A DNA stretch of 56,230 bases, counting the filler, from Bipalium vagum (taxonomy: Eukaryota), in NCBI GenBank assembly GCA_037834085.1. It is 3 parts of 3 records of this genome, joined end to end, with 100 filler letters (N's around TTAATTAATTAA, not from the genome) between each part and the next. Parts side by side here need not be neighbours in the genome. Positions count along the whole stretch, not along the records: positions 18,595 to 34,475 come from JBBMKC010140675.1; positions 34,576 to 56,230 come from JBBMKC010234053.1; 1 more part is not named here. One strand, 5' to 3'. The first letter of the stretch is position 1; every line of letters starts with the position of its first letter. A program made the position numbers and the translations under genes. Positions 29,134 to 41,520 of this stretch are shown piece after piece. The notes below the pieces were generated by a model. The model ran no database searches. It was not told the origin of the DNA and saw only the letters and a list, made by a program, of their open reading frames with translations.

Positions 29134-29197
<64 letters not shown>
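29134..29197. repeat. (TAA)n(TTA)n inverted microsatellite (AT palindrome)
   Basis: About 11 TAA units directly followed by about 10 TTA units. Confidence 0.9.
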
Positions 29198-29201
<4 letters not shown>

Positions 29202-29419
29202 TGTTGTACCATAACCGCTTAATTCGAAACAGCCATTTTGGTTCCAACTTCACAAGGGTTTTTAAAAAATTTTCTCCTTAATGAAATATTTTAAGTATAT
29301 TAACTTTAAATATCGAAATAATCATTAATTGATATTACATATTATGCTGATTGTTTTAATATTAAAACGTATATTTATTTTTGAAATTTTATTTGGATAT
29401 TTACTTTTAAAATAAGCTA

Positions 29420-29680
29420 CTTAGCCATGGAAATCACAGTCATTCTGAGACATTACTGGAAAGCAATAAATTCAAAGAAGATATTTGAAGTAAAAGGTGA
29501 AAGATCAGTTTCAATTCGAATTGTTCAAAAAGTTAAAAAATGGTAATAATAACTTGGATTAGGATTCTGAGCTGCTCAAGAATGTAGTAAATTCAAATCC
29601 AATAACAATCACAAGAAAATCATCACCAGGGTTAAATGCTTTCACAATAATATGACTGTTTATTAGATAACTCATGCATA
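29420..29680 (+). mobile_element. Mariner N-terminal relic
   Basis: VILRHYWK...KKIFEVKGERSVSIRIVQK. Confidence 0.55.
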
Positions 29681-29810
29681 GAACTCATGTATACGCTGTA
29701 ACATGAATTTTTATAAAATTATTAAAACTAATACATTACATTTTTAAGCACACTTTTTTGAATATTGATTGATTGTTAAATCAATAAAATTTTAAAATTT
29801 CATAATAGCA

Positions 29811-29930
29811 ATGGATACAAATAAAACTCGAAAATCTTATTCAAGTCACCGAAATCTGAAAGCGGTTAACCATGCTGAAAAGTATTACAAGTCGGCTACA
29901 GCTAAGGAGTTTGAAACAAACGTAGTTTTC
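29811..29930 (+). mobile_element. Pogo-type transposase N-terminal (Brinker-like DNA-binding domain) fragment
   Basis: RKSYSSHRNLKAVNHAEKYYKSATAKEF resembles the RxSYxxxFKLxxVxxAE...AAxxF pattern. Confidence 0.55.
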
Positions 29931-30626
29931 TTAGGATATTTGCGCCTTTGTATTTATTACCAAAAAATAAAGCAGCTTTGTGACTGCAAATATCGTTTAG
30001 AGTTTCTGCAGAAATAACATGTTGATAGTACCTCTTTCTTTATGATGTATTGACTCTGTAGGTGATCCATAATTGATTAGTTTTTTCCTTAATATTTTCC
30101 TGATAGAACCGCTCCAATTGCATTAAAGTTGATATCCATATTCAAAATAAATGTTTTCTTTAAAACCTAGAGTAAGTGTCTGTTTTCTGATACACTGAAC
30201 TCCCATTTGTATCTTGTTTACGACAACCATTTTACTGTTATTCTCATGTCTTATCACTTCACCAGTTCTATATTTATTAATTTTCTGAAAATATTTTGGT
30301 TCAATAAGATTATTTTTGCACATTTCTAAATGGTAGTCCAAATTATTATAAAATTAAATTTTGAGCTAATAATAATAATAAAAAATTATAATTTATATTT
30401 TTTAATTCATATTTAAGGCGTTATAAATTATTTCATTAATCAATCAGGTAAGGTCCTTGTATAAAGAATAAATAATTTATTTTAAAATTTTTTCTATAGA
30501 TTTATAAAAACAAATGTTTATAATATTAACTGTAATAATATTGAAAAAAATATCCACATTTTATTGGAAATGAAGCTTATTATAGTAGAATATTTTTAAG
30601 GGGCAATGTATATGAAAAGGACTTAC

Positions 30627-31220
30627 TATTTGGGTACATATCGTAGACCCTTTCAATAGAGTATTTGTATAGTTATTTGTTGAATCGTTTCGTTGAAGCT
30701 GTTGAAGACCCATTTGTAAAGCAAGGGGCATGCTACAGATTAGTGACGTAATCCAAATGCAAAAAATTATTTTGATTGTTCTTCTTCTGTTACTGCTTTC
30801 TGATGGTTTTAATAAAGGGTGACATATAGCTATATATCTTTCAATTGTAAATCCAGTAGCAGTAAGGACAGATGTGCACATTCCCATTTCGGAAAGTAGT
30901 GACTTAACAATGCAACCAAAATTTCCAAAAGGATAGGGATAATGAGACCATATTAAATAAAGATCTTGCGTAAGGCCTAGAATAAGTACACTTAGATCAG
31001 CTATGCCAAGATTTAGTAAATAGTAATTCGTTGGTGTTCGGAGAATTTTAAATTGTAAGATGACTCTACATGTTATATAATTTCCAAAACATCCAATAAT
31101 TAACAAAACAATATAAATGGTATTAAATGGAATTAATAAATATATGGGATCTCTTTGTGGACCTTGTTTTATTGCTATATAATCTTTGTCATTCAAGTTT
31201 TCTCTAACCGTGCCTGACAT
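30627..31220 (-). CDS. Class A neuropeptide GPCR of the PRXamide (pyrokinin/CAPA)/neuromedin-U receptor type, first coding exon (TM1-TM4, ECL2), partial
   Basis: GPQRDP before TM1, GN in TM1, LRTPTNYYLLNLGIADL, WSHYPYPFG..GC, SVLTATGFTIERYIAICHP, and W in TM4. ATA|gtaagt phase-0 donor at 30626. TM5-7 exons were not found. Confidence 0.88.
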
Positions 31221-31624
31221 AATGCTTTGTGAAAAGAAAGTTGAAAAAAATTTTCCTGATTAAGAAATTATGAAAATATTCACAGCATAAATGATCAACC
31301 AATAAATGATGAAGACAATAATATCAGAAAAGATTATCTTAACTAATCATAAAAATTAAAAAAAAAATGAAGAAAATTTTTTCTCATTTTTTTAAAAATT
31401 ATAGTTAATTATTTTTCCACGTTATTTTGTGATGCCATTAAAATAATTTTGAAAAATAAAATCTTTTAAGTACCAGTCAACTTTTTAATTAAACGACCTT
31501 TAATAAATGTCATAATATCTTGAAATGTCAAAGATGGTCTTTAATAATATTGGATGGGAATAATAATGGGACTTGTATTCCCATTCTTTATTAAGTGATA
31601 TTTACTGGTTCGAGCTATTAATTA

Positions 31625-32285
31625 CACCGCGCGGAAAAAAATTAATGGGGCAGTACTGCATGACATATAAATCTCACATTTTAAATTAAAACAGTTAAGT
31701 AACTTTCCTGCCAATTGTATCATAAATGTTGGCATTTAATTCACTATGGTCATGAAAATTTAGATTTACTTTGAACTTTTTATTGCACTTTTAAATAACA
31801 CAAAATCAAAATAATTCGATTTTCTTGGTCAAAAGATTATTGGGGCAGATAAGTACGTGCTAAAATAAATAAAAGTTAAAATAAATCAAGAAATTGACAT
31901 ATTTATTAATAAATTAATAGCGGGTCAGATTTCCATTGGCACCAATAACTGTTTGAAGTCTTCTTTGAAAAGATTCGGAGGCGTCGACGGATTTTTATGT
32001 TTCCAAACTTCTGTAATGTTTTTCAATTTCTTAGAGCTTGATATATGAATTTTTCTTATCTCTCGTTTGACATGTTCCCAAAGATGTTCAACTGGATTGA
32101 GATCAGGACTTTGTGGGGACCATTCGAGTAATTTTTTTCTTTAAGTATTCCAAGATTGATTTTGATTTGTGTTTTGAATCATTGTCCTGTTGAAAAATAA
32201 ATTGTCTACTCAATCCAAGTTGTTTTGGTGATTGTTTCAAATTTCTTGAGAGTATAACGTCATAGTGCTCTGGGTTCATCAACAA
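31625..32285 (-). mobile_element. Tc1 3' fragment with a long IR/DR-type terminal repeat
   Basis: FIFQQDNDSKH and, after a frameshift, PQSPDLNPVEHLW. The terminus TA-CACCGCGCGGAAAAAAATTAATGGGGCAG recurs internally as AAAAGATTATTGGGGCAG about 200 bp in. Confidence 0.82.
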
Positions 32286-32939
32286 AAATTTATTTATTAC
32301 AACAATCTTCCACCATCGACATCCGAGTTCGTAGTATCTGGATCGGCCCTATGGTATTTTTATTAGTCTTCAAGGGGTTTGTTTATCAGATACCAGCTCT
32401 CTTTGGGTTATAGGTTCCCACAACAGGGCAACATGACCGTTCGTTGACTGGTCATCTAATGAAACCAGGTTCTTACACTATTTAATTCAGGTGAAATTAC
32501 ATATATAATTAAAAATATCGTATCTTCCAAGGAACAGTAATATTTATTTCACCGTATTGCATCTGCGCAATACCATCAATAAACTCGAATTTTGCAACGC
32601 CTGAGGAACTCATACAGCCTAACATGGACTCCTACTTTTAAAAAATAAATGTATTATAATAAATGACTTAATTGTTAATCTTTTCTCTAGAGTCATTTTC
32701 AAAAGATCGGTATACATTTTTATTATTTTCTATTTTAAAGTCCAACGAAAATTTTCTGAAATATTTTTTTGTTTAAAACTTCCAGTACTGATTTAAAGTA
32801 AAGGAAAATTGAAAAACCCCAAGAAAATATCCGTCATTGTATTAGGATGCAAATGACCTTTTAGGCCAATAATTTTAAATTCAATAACTATAAAACATTT
32901 GTTACCTTTTTCAGAAAAGGAAGGAAACATATTCATTCA

Positions 32940-33420
32940 ATTTCATAAAATTATAGACAATTGGAACCGAAATTATCCTCAAAACGTGTTTTACATTCAG
33001 TTTTTTGAATAACAGTTGAAAAAGTGAAAACCTGTCAATGCCAGGTCTGTTGAGAATGAATCATGGTCAAGAGTTTTAAGCTTGTGCGATTGTTCTCAAG
33101 AAATGTTTTCTGTCTTTGGTCAAATATTATCAGGATGGAAGATAGGATCAACCAACATGTAGGTATTGTAGGCAGTGTCAAATATTTCCGTGCATTGCAC
33201 TACTTCTCGACATAAATAATCTCAGCAGAATTCAGAAAGCTGTGATGATGGTCAATATGATCTGTTTCGAGTATGATAATCATTCCGAAAGGTGACAAAG
33301 ACAACACCAATTCTCGTCGCAGGTTAATATACGATCAAGAAGCAGACTTTATAATGAATATTTCTTTGATCTAACGGTCAGATCATAACATAAATCCACT
33401 TGATATCCATTTAACATCAA
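32940..33420 (-). mobile_element. Decayed mariner catalytic-region relic
   Basis: DENWC and HDSFSTDLALTGFHFF (compare HPPYSPDLAPSDFHLF). Confidence 0.55.
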
Positions 33421-34475
33421 TATGACATTTAATTGAAAAATATTTTTAAAAATGCATAATAAGACAAGAAATAAGGAACTCAATATTTTTCTATTTTTCT
33501 ACAGAGATTTAGACATCGTATTTAAAAGTAATTGAAATATTTACAAAATAACGCTTTTAAATTTACAAAGAAGTCTCAAATATATTTATATATAAAATAT
33601 AAAAAAATAAAATGCCTTTTAATTTCTTTAGAAAAAATTTTAAAATTTTTTTATGAAAATGAAAATATTTAGATTACGGGAAATTAACTTTTCATATTCC
33701 ATGCATCAAATCATAAAGAACAAAAAAGTAATTTTACTATTTTTGAATGGATTTTCCCTTAAACAAAATCTATGTTAATAATTATTTGCATTAATGGAAA
33801 TTGGATTTTTTAGTTTAGCTCCAGATTTTTCGTTAGGAAATATAATTATTAAATATAAAAATTATTTTAAAAATTATATATATATTTGGTAGGAATTAAT
33901 AAGAATAATTAATAAAACTTTGTTTTAATATTTAGAAAAGTTTAGTTCTAAGCAAATATCGAGTTTGAGATGAACCTTCATTACCGTTGACATAGTATTA
34001 TATTATTTTATGTTTTGTCAGATATTTCTGTGTGAGTTTATTTATATTTTCCCATCTCTTTTTCATATCATCTCAATTACTTATATATAATAATATTTAC
34101 ATTTTCTTTTTTTTTCATTCAATCATTTTTCTTTAAAATTTGAAATGGTGACAAACTAGCTTGTCACCAAAACATTTGTTTTTATGCTTCAAATACAAAT
34201 AGAAAATAAAAATACTTATTAGTTTATTACAGCTTTATGAATACTGTAAGTGTTTGGTTCGACGCTTACTGCGAGATCTAATCTCGAAAATATAAAATGC
34301 TAACTCTATTAGTATAGGTTAGAACTGGGCTCACCAACTACGTCAAAGGTAGTGTAACAAATGGGTGTTCTAATTAATATATTTTGTAAAACAAATACAA
34401 ATCTTTCTATCACAGTTATTATAATATCAATTAATTAATTAATGTCTTCTTGGTTTTATGATAACCGAAGAAGCC

Positions 34476-34575
34476 NNNNNNNNNNNNNNNNNNNNNNNNN
34501 NNNNNNNNNNNNNNNNNNNTTAATTAATTAANNNNNNNNNNNNNNNNNNNNNNNNNNNNNNNNNNNNNNNNNNNN
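34476..34575. other. Artificial 100-bp contig spacer: 44 N + TTAATTAATTAA + 44 N
   Basis: Same linker as 18495-18594. Confidence 0.95.
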
Positions 34576-35363
34576 TCCCTGGGAATTTTTCAATGACTTT
34601 CAAGTATTAATTAATTTTTAATTATTAATATTATTAATAATAATACTATTATTATTATTATTATTTATACATTATTTATCGTTTTTATTATTTATTTTTC
34701 CCCGGGGGGTGTCTTGGTAAACCCAACAGTATTCATAAAATCAAATCTTCACACCATTTTGCTCAATCTTACTGTTTTAGCTTCATCACTGATCTTTAAA
34801 CGAATCACCATCTTTTTCGGTATATGTAAAGCAAAAACTCCCTTACTTTTGTTCTGAGCATTAAAATATTCAACAGTTCAAGATCATTTGTAAGTCTTAC
34901 CTTTATCTTGATGAAAGATTGAAAAGTCTATCATGTGGAAATTCATCTTAACCATCGTTTATGGTAGCTAAAGAACAAAATATGTTGACAAATACTGGAT
35001 TGGTTTTATCAAGATTTGCTTTCCTTAAAATTACTTATTAAATTTTAAAAACCTTAGGTCGAATGATTTTTGTGTGATAAATTATATTTTCAAAATATCT
35101 ACGTAAAATTATCAGTTGAAAGAATTAATAAATTTGTAAAAATTCTATTTTTAAATGTCAAACAAAATCCCTTTCAAAATATCATGTCACATTGCATAGA
35201 GGTTCTTGAGAAAAAACGTTTATGAATAACTAATAATTAATATTATTTAAAATTAATATTAATATAAAAATTAATTTTATTTTAAAAAAATATTTATTAT
35301 TATTTTTTTATTTATTATTATTATTATTATTATTAATTTTATTATTTTAAATCATTTGATCAG

Positions 35364-36451
35364 TCTCAAAAAGAATCACAACAATTTAATGACCACTTTT
35401 ACCAGAACAATCAAAACCAAAATCCCAATGATCTATATAGAACCTTGGAAGTAAAGTTAAGGTTTCCCATTAATTTTAATTAAAATTTATTATTCAGAAC
35501 AACTTTTTTGTGGATCCGAACGATTTAGAATCCGATAAGGAATACAGAGCCGAAACAAGTAGTGATTATAGTTCTTTAAATTCCAGTTGTCCTGGAATTA
35601 ATCTTCTAAATACAAATAAACCTTTACAACATGAAGAATTAATAGATCTAGATTTGTCGATAATTGATCAGGAGTTACATAAATTACGTTCACAATTTAG
35701 TTACTTAGAAAAACTTAAAGCTCAAAAAGTAGCGGCAGAATTCTCACTTTATAATAGCATGCCAAATGAACATAATTCAAAGCTTTTACCCAGGATGGGC
35801 ACAAAACTTCCAATAAGAATCATTCAAAACCAGTCTATATTGTGTCGATCAAAAGACAATTCCGTATCAATTAAATCAGATGAAAGTAATTGTTATTGTC
35901 TGGCTTTTAACTAATATCCCCATTAGTATTCAGATTTCCTTCTTTTACTACTAACACGGAAGCTTTCTGTCAAACAAAAGAAAAGGAGCATATACCATCT
36001 ACAGACAATGATGGAAATCCTTTACATGACCACTCAACTCAATTCAAAAACTCGATATCTTTGTTTGATCATAAGCCTAACAGAAATTTGGAATATGTTA
36101 TAAAAAAGAATCCCAATGGATCAAAATACTTATTTAAAAAATTAAATAGGTACGTTTATTACAAAAAATTATTTTCTTATGTTCCATTATAGAAATCAAT
36201 TGTTCAAAGAAAAAGAAAAATCTTTTTTGGAGGAGAATTCTACAGCCAGTACCGATGATGATGCTTACAGCAATATCAATACAGACAAATGTTCTCCCAG
36301 AGCGAAACGCAGACTCCAGTTTGAAAAATTCCGTGAATATAAAAGACAAAAAGAAGCAGTCAGGCTGAATGTGCAAAACCAAGATAATCAAAAGATGAAT
36401 AAAAATGACAGACATTCGATCGATGCCATGGTGATGTTGACTTTTTTATAG
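35364..36451 (+). CDS. Uncharacterised spliced protein, partial (exons 35364-35450, 35498-35885, 35927-36149, 36193-36430/36451)
   Basis: Four open exons joined in frame by 47-, 41- and 43-nt GT-AG introns, the same size class as the DOT1L short introns. Includes ORFs 35510..35914 and 36179..36451 and a short coiled-coil-like stretch. Start and end are uncertain. Confidence 0.72.
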
Positions 36452-36649
36452 ACTCGTCGAAAATGTTTCACTGTTGAATACAAATTCTAAAGACTTTCTG
36501 TGATTTGACTAAGAAATGAATCCTAAATTAATTTATCAGTTAATTAATTTGTTTAATTTGTTTTAATATTTCAACAATTAAATCTTTTTATTTATTAAGT
36601 TATATGAATACATGTGTGCTGACATGAAGTCTTTTTTTAATTTTTGTAT

Positions 36650-37343
36650 TGATCTAATACCACACCAATCCGTAAGGCGTGAAGGGTGCAATGGATTTTC
36701 ACTTAGAGATAAAGGATTTTCTGTACCCCATATACGACAGTTTTGCTTATTCACATACCGATGTAAATGAAAATGTGTTTCATCACTTATTATCAAATCC
36801 CGCAGAAAATCAACATTCTGAGAATGTTGCATTAATATGGAATTGCTGTAATTCAAACGTTTTTGGTGGTCTATAATTTTCAATTCCTGAACCAATTGAA
36901 TCTTGTATGGTTTCATGTACAACTCCAGTTTTAAAATCCTTTGTAAACTGGTTTGACTGATATCCAAATCCTGAGAACGTCGTCAAATGAGGTTCCGGGA
37001 TTGCTTTCGGCACTTTCTCGAACTTCTGCAATATTTTTTGGTGTGCAGACATTTTGAGTCCGACCATATTTTTTAAATTTCTTAATTACATTTCCAATGC
37101 AATTAATATTCGACACATTTTTCAATTCCAATTCTTGGTATACTTTTCGTCTAGAAGTTGAAATTAATGATCCATTTTCATGATAGGTTTTCACGATGCT
37201 GACACATTGTTTAATTGTGTAATTTTTTTACAATAAAATTTTATAATATGAGGAATGTATAAACAGATTACTGAATGCTAAAATTAAGAAATTAATAATA
37301 ATTTATTAAATTCAAAACAGTCAGTTACTTATGGATGACTCTG
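36650..37343 (-). mobile_element. rosa/DD41D-type element, 5' half
   Basis: LYMKPYKIQLVQEL and SDETHFHLHRYVNKQNCRIWGTENP...WCG. TA-CAGAGTCATCCATAAGT terminus. Confidence 0.88.
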
Positions 37344-40109
37344 TATATGGTCTCAAGCCTCTTGTCCCAAACATAAAGCGATAATATCCTATAAAATATT
37401 TAAAAACTCTTTACTAGAAAGCTTAGCTTCATGCTCCTTCAATAATCAAACATCCATATTATTCGCTAAAGTTTATTTTTGGCTTTTTGTCAAGGTCTAA
37501 CGTATTCTTCATTTCCTCGAAACAGTAGATCGAAATTATTAAAGCTTAAAATTAAAAAGATATTTAATTTCATTCCTAAAATAAGAGAGATTTCGAAAGT
37601 ATATTAATGAGAGTTTGATTATAGTTAATGAAAATTAACTTTACTCTCTGATTTTTATTTCAAAGTGATTATCATTAAAGATAGAGGAAAAGATCATGAT
37701 TTTTAAAATAATATAATATGTGGAAAAAAGAAATTAATGATTAAGACAAAGACATCAGTCAACTTGTCTTGGTTTGAGTCCAAGTTTTTAATCCCAAAAA
37801 GCGTATTGCAAACAAATTTATAAATCTACAGGTTTTCAATCCACTTTACAAAAAAATACCTTTAATTTCGCCACAAAATACCGTCCGCAATTATTGTCAG
37901 AAAATATTGCCAAAGCTTTAGATATTAAAATTCGATAAAAGGAGCATTATCAATAAATTTATATAAGTAACTCCTTTTAAACTAAATTAAAATGACATCT
38001 CTGGATTCAAATAATAATCCCGTTACAAAATTCATTATTATTTATTATCTTCATTATTTTTATATAATCTTCTAGCCAAGGATATGGGCCTAGTCTGTTG
38101 CTTTATTTAGAGATCTTACTTTTAAGTTAGTAAAAATAACTGGTTTTAAGATACTTGTCCAAAATAAGTAAAATAAAAGATACCAGTTAGATGAGCTTAT
38201 CAGAAAAATATGGTACTTGTTTCAAACTCAAAAACCTAACTGATGTATTTTTGCATTATTTCTTTACTTCCTGTTCCCAAGACTTTGTTTATTCTGAAAC
38301 TGTTAAATTTTAATGTTAAATTAGACTGATTTTGAAGTTCGATCAATTTGTTTCAGAAAATATAGAAGCCGGCTTGGATATAACATCCGTTTTAAGTTTA
38401 ATGTGAATGAACATGTACATTTTTGTTTGAATTAAAGTTATTTTTTAAACAAAAAATATGAACACCTATAAAAATGTAACTTTAAGTTCACCTTCTTCTG
38501 GTTCATTGAGAGAAGAAAGTTTTCCATTGTTATTCAAATTTAGAAGTACTCACTTCTGGTCGGTGACAACGATCATTATACAAACCTGTTTAATTTCTTC
38601 AACAAAGTATTATATTTAATTAATTCTATTGCAAAAATTTGGACAACATTTATGATACCGAAGGAATTTTTATTAAATTAAAAAGATAATTTGAAAAAAC
38701 AACCATTTTCCAGTTAACATATTTATATTAAAAGTTAAAAAGAAAATTGAAATTCGATAATTATTTTAATTACCCTTTTATTTTTGTTTTATTGTTCTAG
38801 CTATGGAATGTCATAAATAAATGCAACCATTATTGGCAGGAAATTTATACAATAGCTCATGGATAAAGATAAGATCTGGTATTAGTCGAGTTATTTATAT
38901 TTTATTATTTTATTTTTACTGTATTTTTGGGCATTAGTATAATTTGAGTTGTTACGTACTTACAGATGGATTTTATATGTTCCAAAATCAACCAAAGTTA
39001 CATAACGCACACAGACTAATGTTATTTGAGAAATATTAATATTTGTAAATAATAATTATTAAATAAAATGAAATGGTACTTATTATTGCCAAAAAATATT
39101 AATAATAAATTGGAATGCTTACATTTAATGTTCACGGTTATTAAAAATATTCATAAAACTTTAATTTATGATAGTCTTGTTTATAATTAAACATAAATAT
39201 ATATAGAAAATTATATTATCACTATAATTAATTTAAGAGAAGATTTTATCTTGTCTCCAGAGAAAGTTATCACGGAAAATATTTAATGAATTAAAAATAT
39301 ATATCTTGCAAAAGAGGAAATGAATGAAGAGAAGAATATTCAATGCAGAAATTCTATTGTGATTTTTATACTCATAGCGGTATTGCGATGATGATAAATT
39401 ATTCTGAATGAAAATGAATCCCTCGAACATCGAACAACAATAGAATTTGCCGATGAGATGATTTAATAATGGATTTAACAAAGGCACTTGTATCATTAAT
39501 ATCAAAATACTTAGCCGACGTAAACTCTAAATTACAGAAATTTCTAGTCAATTTTTACTTTAATCTTTGAGAAGTTTCTTACCCATTTAACAAAGATATA
39601 AATGGTTAAAATTTTAATTGAGATTTTAAAGGTTAGTTAATCTATGAAAATAAAATAATAATTATAATTTTTCAAATTACACTAAAATTTACAAAAAAAT
39701 TAAATTTCAAATCAAATTTACTAAAATAAATTAACTAAATAAATCAATTTTATAACAGTGAATATTGATTCTATTCATTTGTATTATAAATATAATAATT
39801 AATTTCACCAAATATTGATTATATTATTATTCATTACCTTATCCATGAACCTTTAACTGAATTCAAAAAATTTTTACTTTGTTTGATCAGAGAAATTATA
39901 TAAAACATTTTTTTATTTCTATAATCCACTTGATTATGACTTATGTGAGGTTGATATTTTGAGTGTATCAATTGGAAAATTAATTTATAGTCATAAAGCA
40001 AACTTGTATCAAGGTTTTATGTAATTTATTGAGATTTATTCAATAAGGAGCATCTAACTAAGAAAATATTTCAAAATTTTTTTTTTCAGTATTATTATTA
40101 TTATTATTA

Positions 40110-40145
<36 letters not shown>

Positions 40146-40857
40146 GATTATATTAGTCCAGATTATGCATAAATTTTATCTAACATAACCGAAGTGATAT
40201 ACTGGATAAGTTCCACTCGTAAATTTAATACCTGAAAATTATTATTATCCCATTGAGAAAGAACCAGAGGTGTAGAAGTCAAAGAAATTTTCAAGATCAT
40301 TTATCTTGAGAGATTTTTTCTTTTTCATTTGATTACTGTAAAAGCATTTACAAAAACTTAACTCTGATTTAATTTCCATCCTAAAAGTCCTCAAATAAAA
40401 TTTTGCAATAGGCAAGAAAATAAAATAAAATTGTATTATTATTATTATTATTATTAAATTAGTATAATTATGTGAAAGTAAAATTAGTAAGATTTTCTAA
40501 ATCAGAGGATGATGTTCAAAAGAGCCGATTTAAGAATACAAGTTGTTTTCTATTCAACTTTATTCAAAAATTAAGTTTGATAATTAAATATAAACTTCTC
40601 AAGAGAACAAAATCAGAGAATTTCCTGAGATGACAAACCAATCGAGAATGTGTTAACAAAAACATAAAATGAAACCGGTTTCCTGAATTGAAAAAGATTT
40701 ATTTTGGGAGAATAATGGATATTTAAAATATAAATTTTAATGTTCTTTTCAGAATTGAATTTAAAGCAGGAAGAAAAGTAAATAAAAGGAAGAGCGAAAG
40801 AAAGATTATTATTCATATCAAACTGTTGATCAACTTCGGTAATAAAATGAAATGATA

Positions 40858-41520
40858 CGAGGAGCAGTCGAAATGTTTCAGGTCCTCCAAAAAAGTGTAT
40901 CCGATAAAAATATTGAAGTTGTTAGGAAATTAATTGAAGATCATTGGCCAATATATGATGAAATTCAGACACCATTGAACATATCTCAAACTTCAATTCA
41001 TTCTATTTTACATCAAGATTTGGGTGTCAGAAAGCTATGTTCTCGTTGGAGACCGCATATATTTACAAATGATCAACAGCGAGATCGCATTGATTGGTCC
41101 AAAGCTATGGTCGATAAATTTAAGCAGTCTGTTTGGGTGTTTCAGGGAGAAAAATTACCAACGAAAGTTGTTCGATCCCGGAACAACTACAAGAAAACGG
41201 TTGCCTGTTTCGTAGCCATATCAGGTCATGTCTTTTACATTCTTTTACATGATCGTCGCACAGTTACTTCGAATTGGTATACCATAGGTTTCCTGCCTGA
41301 AGTCCTCAAAGAGTGGAAAAGAACAACTCGAAACGCTCCACTATACTTCATCATGATAATGCAACTTTCCGGATAGCCCAAAAAATCGATTTTTGAGGAC
41401 TTTAAATATTGAATTATTAAGCCATTATTAAGCCTGATTTGGCACAAAATGTCATCTTCACATTTGGTTCTATTAAAAAAATAATTACGTGGATAGTGGT
41501 TTTTATGTACCGAACGTTGA
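40858..41520 (+). mobile_element. Internally deleted mariner (DD34D), same family as 4853-5622
   Basis: ILHQDLGVRKLCSRWRPH and WVFQGEKLPTKVVRSR. Starts TA-CGAGGAGCAGTCGAAA and shares GAAAGTTGTTCGATCCCG with 5112. Confidence 0.88.

Noticed and set aside
30123-30341. ORF just downstream of the GPCR exon as GPCR exon 2
   Set aside because: It is hydrophilic with no TM5 features, and its acceptor phase does not match the phase-0 donor.
34700-34970. Minus-strand segments joined by a 47-nt gtaaga...ctcag intron-like stretch
   Set aside because: All three phases hit stops at or near the junction, so at most it is UTR or non-coding.
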